DNA of 49,479 nucleotides from Candidatus Nomurabacteria bacterium (GTDB lineage Bacteria; Patescibacteriota; Minisyncoccia; Phycocordibacterales; UBA5272): NCBI GenBank assembly GCA_029288775.1, contig JARIGQ010000010.1, positions 1 to 49,479 of the forward strand, read 5' to 3'. Shown piece by piece: positions 47,744 to 49,479 of this stretch (position 1 is its first letter; each line of letters starts with the position of its first letter). The notes under the pieces were generated by a model. It saw only the letters and a program-made list of their open reading frames with translations, ran no database searches and was not told where the DNA came from. The position numbers and the translations under genes were made by a program.

Positions 47744-48460
47744 TTAAAGATTCAAAAAGACTAATCCCCCTCTCAATATGATGCGGTCAATAAGAGGTAA
47801 TGGGAACTCTGCGCGAGTAAGCCGATCATAATGTTCATTGAGAGTTTTATAGGTCAATTCGTGCACCGGGATGCCGAGTGCCCCCGCTTCGCGCTTAAGA
47901 TCACGCGCTAAAAGCCAGGAATGAAAGAGCGTTTTACGATGAAGCCACACCAGTTTCCTATGTAGTCCTATATCTGCAGACTCTTTCATAATTCTTTTCA
48001 TTTCGCTTACCCCAAATTCCATGTGAGCAATTTCTTCATCAAGAATCTTTCGCGATAATTCGCTCAATACCACATCGGTGTGATGCTCAAGCTCTCGCAA
48101 AAGAGAAATATTCAACCCCTCGAGAAGAAAATTCTGAATGAATACACAGTCGATATAATCTTTTCTTTCTAGAGCGTTACTCATGAGTGCATCAAGTTTT
48201 CGTAAGTGGGACGAGATAGGCATATGAGGCCGCGGATGATTGCCCACAAAATCTGTCAGAAGCTCAAGATGCTTATTCTCCTCTTCCTGTTGCCGCAAAA
48301 GAAAATCATGCGCTGCTTGCGTGGGAGCAAAGGACGCCATGCGTTTGCAATAATCTATCGCAATTGTTTCTCCAAAAACGATTTGAAGTAAATAATGATA
48401 TCGCGCAGAGCTATATTCCTTGGAATCAGTATCAGGGAAGGTTAGTTGGTGTACCGGCAT
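47744..48460 (-). CDS. Ferritin-like diiron protein resembling aldehyde-deformylating oxygenase
   Basis: GE..A...Y, EENKH, QNFLLE, DEEIAHMEFG ligand pattern. Confidence 0.75.
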   Translation of the reverse strand: MPVHQLTFPDTDSKEYSSARYHYLLQIVFGETIAIDYCKRMASFAPTQAAHDFLLRQQEEENKHLELLTDFVGNHPRPHMPISSHLRKLDALMSNALERKDYIDCVFIQNFLLEGLNISLLRELEHHTDVVLSELSRKILDEEIAHMEFGVSEMKRIMKESADIGLHRKLVWLHRKTLFHSWLLARDLKREAGALGIPVHELTYKTLNEHYDRLTRAEFPLPLIDRIILRGGLVFLNL

Positions 48461-48528
48461 TAAAGAAGAAATGATAATGAAAGTATACAGGACAATCTCT
48501 AGGTGACGTAAGGATAGAGAACTTTTTT

Positions 48529-48556
48529 GCTGGGAGTCTGGTACGAAGTTCGAACC
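48529..48556 (+). repeat. tRNA-3'-like direct repeat R3 (most divergent, distal end of the array)
   Basis: GCTGGGAGTCTGGTACGAAGTTCGAACC. Confidence 0.8.
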
Positions 48557-48573
48557 TCCTTAAACAGGGTAAC

Positions 48574-48601
48574 TTGACAATATTTTTATTCCTGCTATTA
48601 T
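48574..48601 (+). promoter_or_regulatory. Strong sigma70-type promoter
   Basis: TTGACA-16 nt-TATTAT with an extended -10 TG. Confidence 0.7.
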
Positions 48602-48604
48602 AGC

Positions 48605-48674
48605 ATGAGGTGGGTCTGGCGAAGCCCATCATCATAAAGTCCCTCGGCGCGCCTAAAAAGCTGGGGGATTTTTT
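48605..48674 (+). ncRNA. Putative ~70-nt two-hairpin small RNA ending in an intrinsic terminator
   Basis: ATGAGGTGGGT/GCCCATCATCAT stem, then AGTCCCTCGGC/GCTGGGGGATT stem plus T tract. Confidence 0.5.
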
Positions 48675-48698
48675 ATTTGTATATTTTGAAACTCTCGA

Positions 48699-48726
48699 GC
48701 TGGGGCTCATGGACGAAGTTGGAACT
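48699..48726 (+). repeat. tRNA-3'-like direct repeat R4
   Basis: GCTGGGGCTCATGGACGAAGTTGGAACT. Confidence 0.9.
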
Positions 48727-48778
48727 TTTTGAGAAAAGAGGTAGGATGCCCCTAGATCAACTTCCTTAGGAGTAAGGA

Positions 48779-49132
48779 ATGAAGAAGCGTCAATCTGGGT
48801 ATTCCGTCATCGAGCTTCTAATCAAGCTCGCCCTTGCCGTGGTGATCGCCATCGCCACAGCAACGCCTTGGATTGCGGAATATGCATGGAATGCCATAGT
48901 TCCCCAACTTTTCGGTCTAAAGCCCATAACCCCTTTTCAGGCATTCCAGCTGATGCTGGTCATTGCCGCCCTAGGCCTGGGTGCCACCGGTATCCGGATG
49001 GCCGTGGTGACGGGCATCAATTCCTTGTTCGTGCAAGGGTTCGGTAACCTGTACTTGAAGTGGCGCGATCACCGCTTCAAGAAGCGCATGGCTGAACGTC
49101 AGAACGCTTCATGGCACGAACGAACAATGTGA
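48779..49132 (+). CDS. Prepilin-type N-terminal cleavage/methylation motif membrane protein (cassette gene)
   Basis: MKKRQSG|YSVIELL (G-1, E+5), AGGAG RBS, downstream terminator. Confidence 0.7.
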   Translation: MKKRQSGYSVIELLIKLALAVVIAIATATPWIAEYAWNAIVPQLFGLKPITPFQAFQLMLVIAALGLGATGIRMAVVTGINSLFVQGFGNLYLKWRDHRFKKRMAERQNASWHERTM

Positions 49133-49144
49133 GACGCCGAAGCG

Positions 49145-49171
49145 CAAGACCGCTTCGGCGGTTTTGTTTTT
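49145..49171 (+). terminator. Intrinsic terminator of the pilin-like cassette
   Basis: CAAGACCGC-TTCG-GCGGTTTTG followed by a T tract. Confidence 0.8.
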
Positions 49172-49182
49172 CTAATCTTCTA

Positions 49183-49210
49183 GCTGGGGCTCATGGACGA
49201 AGTTCGAACC
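49183..49210 (+). repeat. tRNA-3'-like direct repeat R5
   Basis: GCTGGGGCTCATGGACGAAGTTCGAACC. Confidence 0.9.
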
Positions 49211-49211
49211 T

Positions 49212-49246
49212 TTTTACAAATAGAAACCGCCTCTTTTGGCGGCTTC
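49212..49246 (-). terminator. Terminator of the junction-spanning ORF
   Basis: GAAGCCGCC-AAAAGA-GGCGGTTTC followed by T-rich sequence on the minus strand. Confidence 0.65.
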
Positions 49247-49262
49247 ATTGATGTCCTCTCGG

Positions 49263-49479
49263 TTAATCGAACGGTTGGAAGTCTGGATCGAAGACCTGCA
49301 TCTGCCGCCAACCACGAGTGAACGTGCCGCCACCATACAGCTGTGGCTCGGAACGGTCTTCCTCGGAAAACTTGATGTTGTACTCCTTAGAGATCTTGGG
49401 GTAGACCTCATCCAGAGCATTCCTTTGCTCCCTTGTTCCCGCAAAGGTGAAGGTTTGGCAAGTTTCAACGGATGCTTCC
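49263..49479 (-). CDS. 3' part of the 73-aa junction-spanning hypothetical protein
   Basis: ...FSEEDRSEPQLYGGGTFTRGWRQMQVFDPDFQPFD*, TAA at 49263-49265. Confidence 0.75.
   Translation of the reverse strand, partial: EASVETCQTFTFAGTREQRNALDEVYPKISKEYNIKFSEEDRSEPQLYGGGTFTRGWRQMQVFDPDFQPFD
49359..49479. repeat. Terminal direct repeat, right copy
   Basis: Identical to 1-121. Confidence 0.97.

Noticed and set aside
48529-49210. The repeats as classical integron attC sites
   Set aside because: They are too short, lack the long imperfect RYYYAAC...GTTRRRY hairpin, there is no intI, and passenger orientation is mixed.
49214-49468. ORF-track 84-aa ORF MKLAKPSPLRE...
   Set aside because: It is an alternative frame overlapping the junction-spanning ORF, which has an RBS and promoter, and it runs through that ORF's terminator.
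1-49479. A phage or plasmid genome because of the terminal repeat
   Set aside because: No capsid, terminase, rep, par or conjugation genes were recognised, and the content is chromosomal.

Overview
This looks like a chromosome-type segment of a Patescibacteria (CPR, Parcubacteria-like) bacterium; the assignment is inferred from gene style and content. Housekeeping genes include dnaX, dusB, an ftsQ-like gene, serS, tRNA-Gln(TTG) and tRNA-Ala(TGC). The first 121 bp are repeated exactly at 49359-49479, and a 73-aa ORF reads through that join, so the window closes into a 49,358-bp circle. The most striking structure lies across the join. Five ~28-bp direct repeats (48529, 48699, 49183, 186, 756) mimic the 3' end of tRNA-Gln and divide the DNA into short single-gene or single-RNA cassettes ending at tRNA-Gln. 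This resembles an integron-like, tRNA-anchored cassette array, but no intact recombinase is present. A second accessory region (~11-24.7 kb) follows a tRNA-like structured element. It carries a 3858-aa SpvB/RHS toxin with a ~1900-aa insert, a probable immunity gene, and helicase and serine-recombinase remnants. The remainder includes several oxygen/redox genes (alternative oxidase, hemerythrin, cytochrome b5, FAD oxidase, DipZ, AlkB, an ADO-like diiron protein), a GGDEF/EAL pair, and a secreted Asn/Gly-repeat fibre-like gene pair. All calls come from reading motifs by eye; no searches were run.
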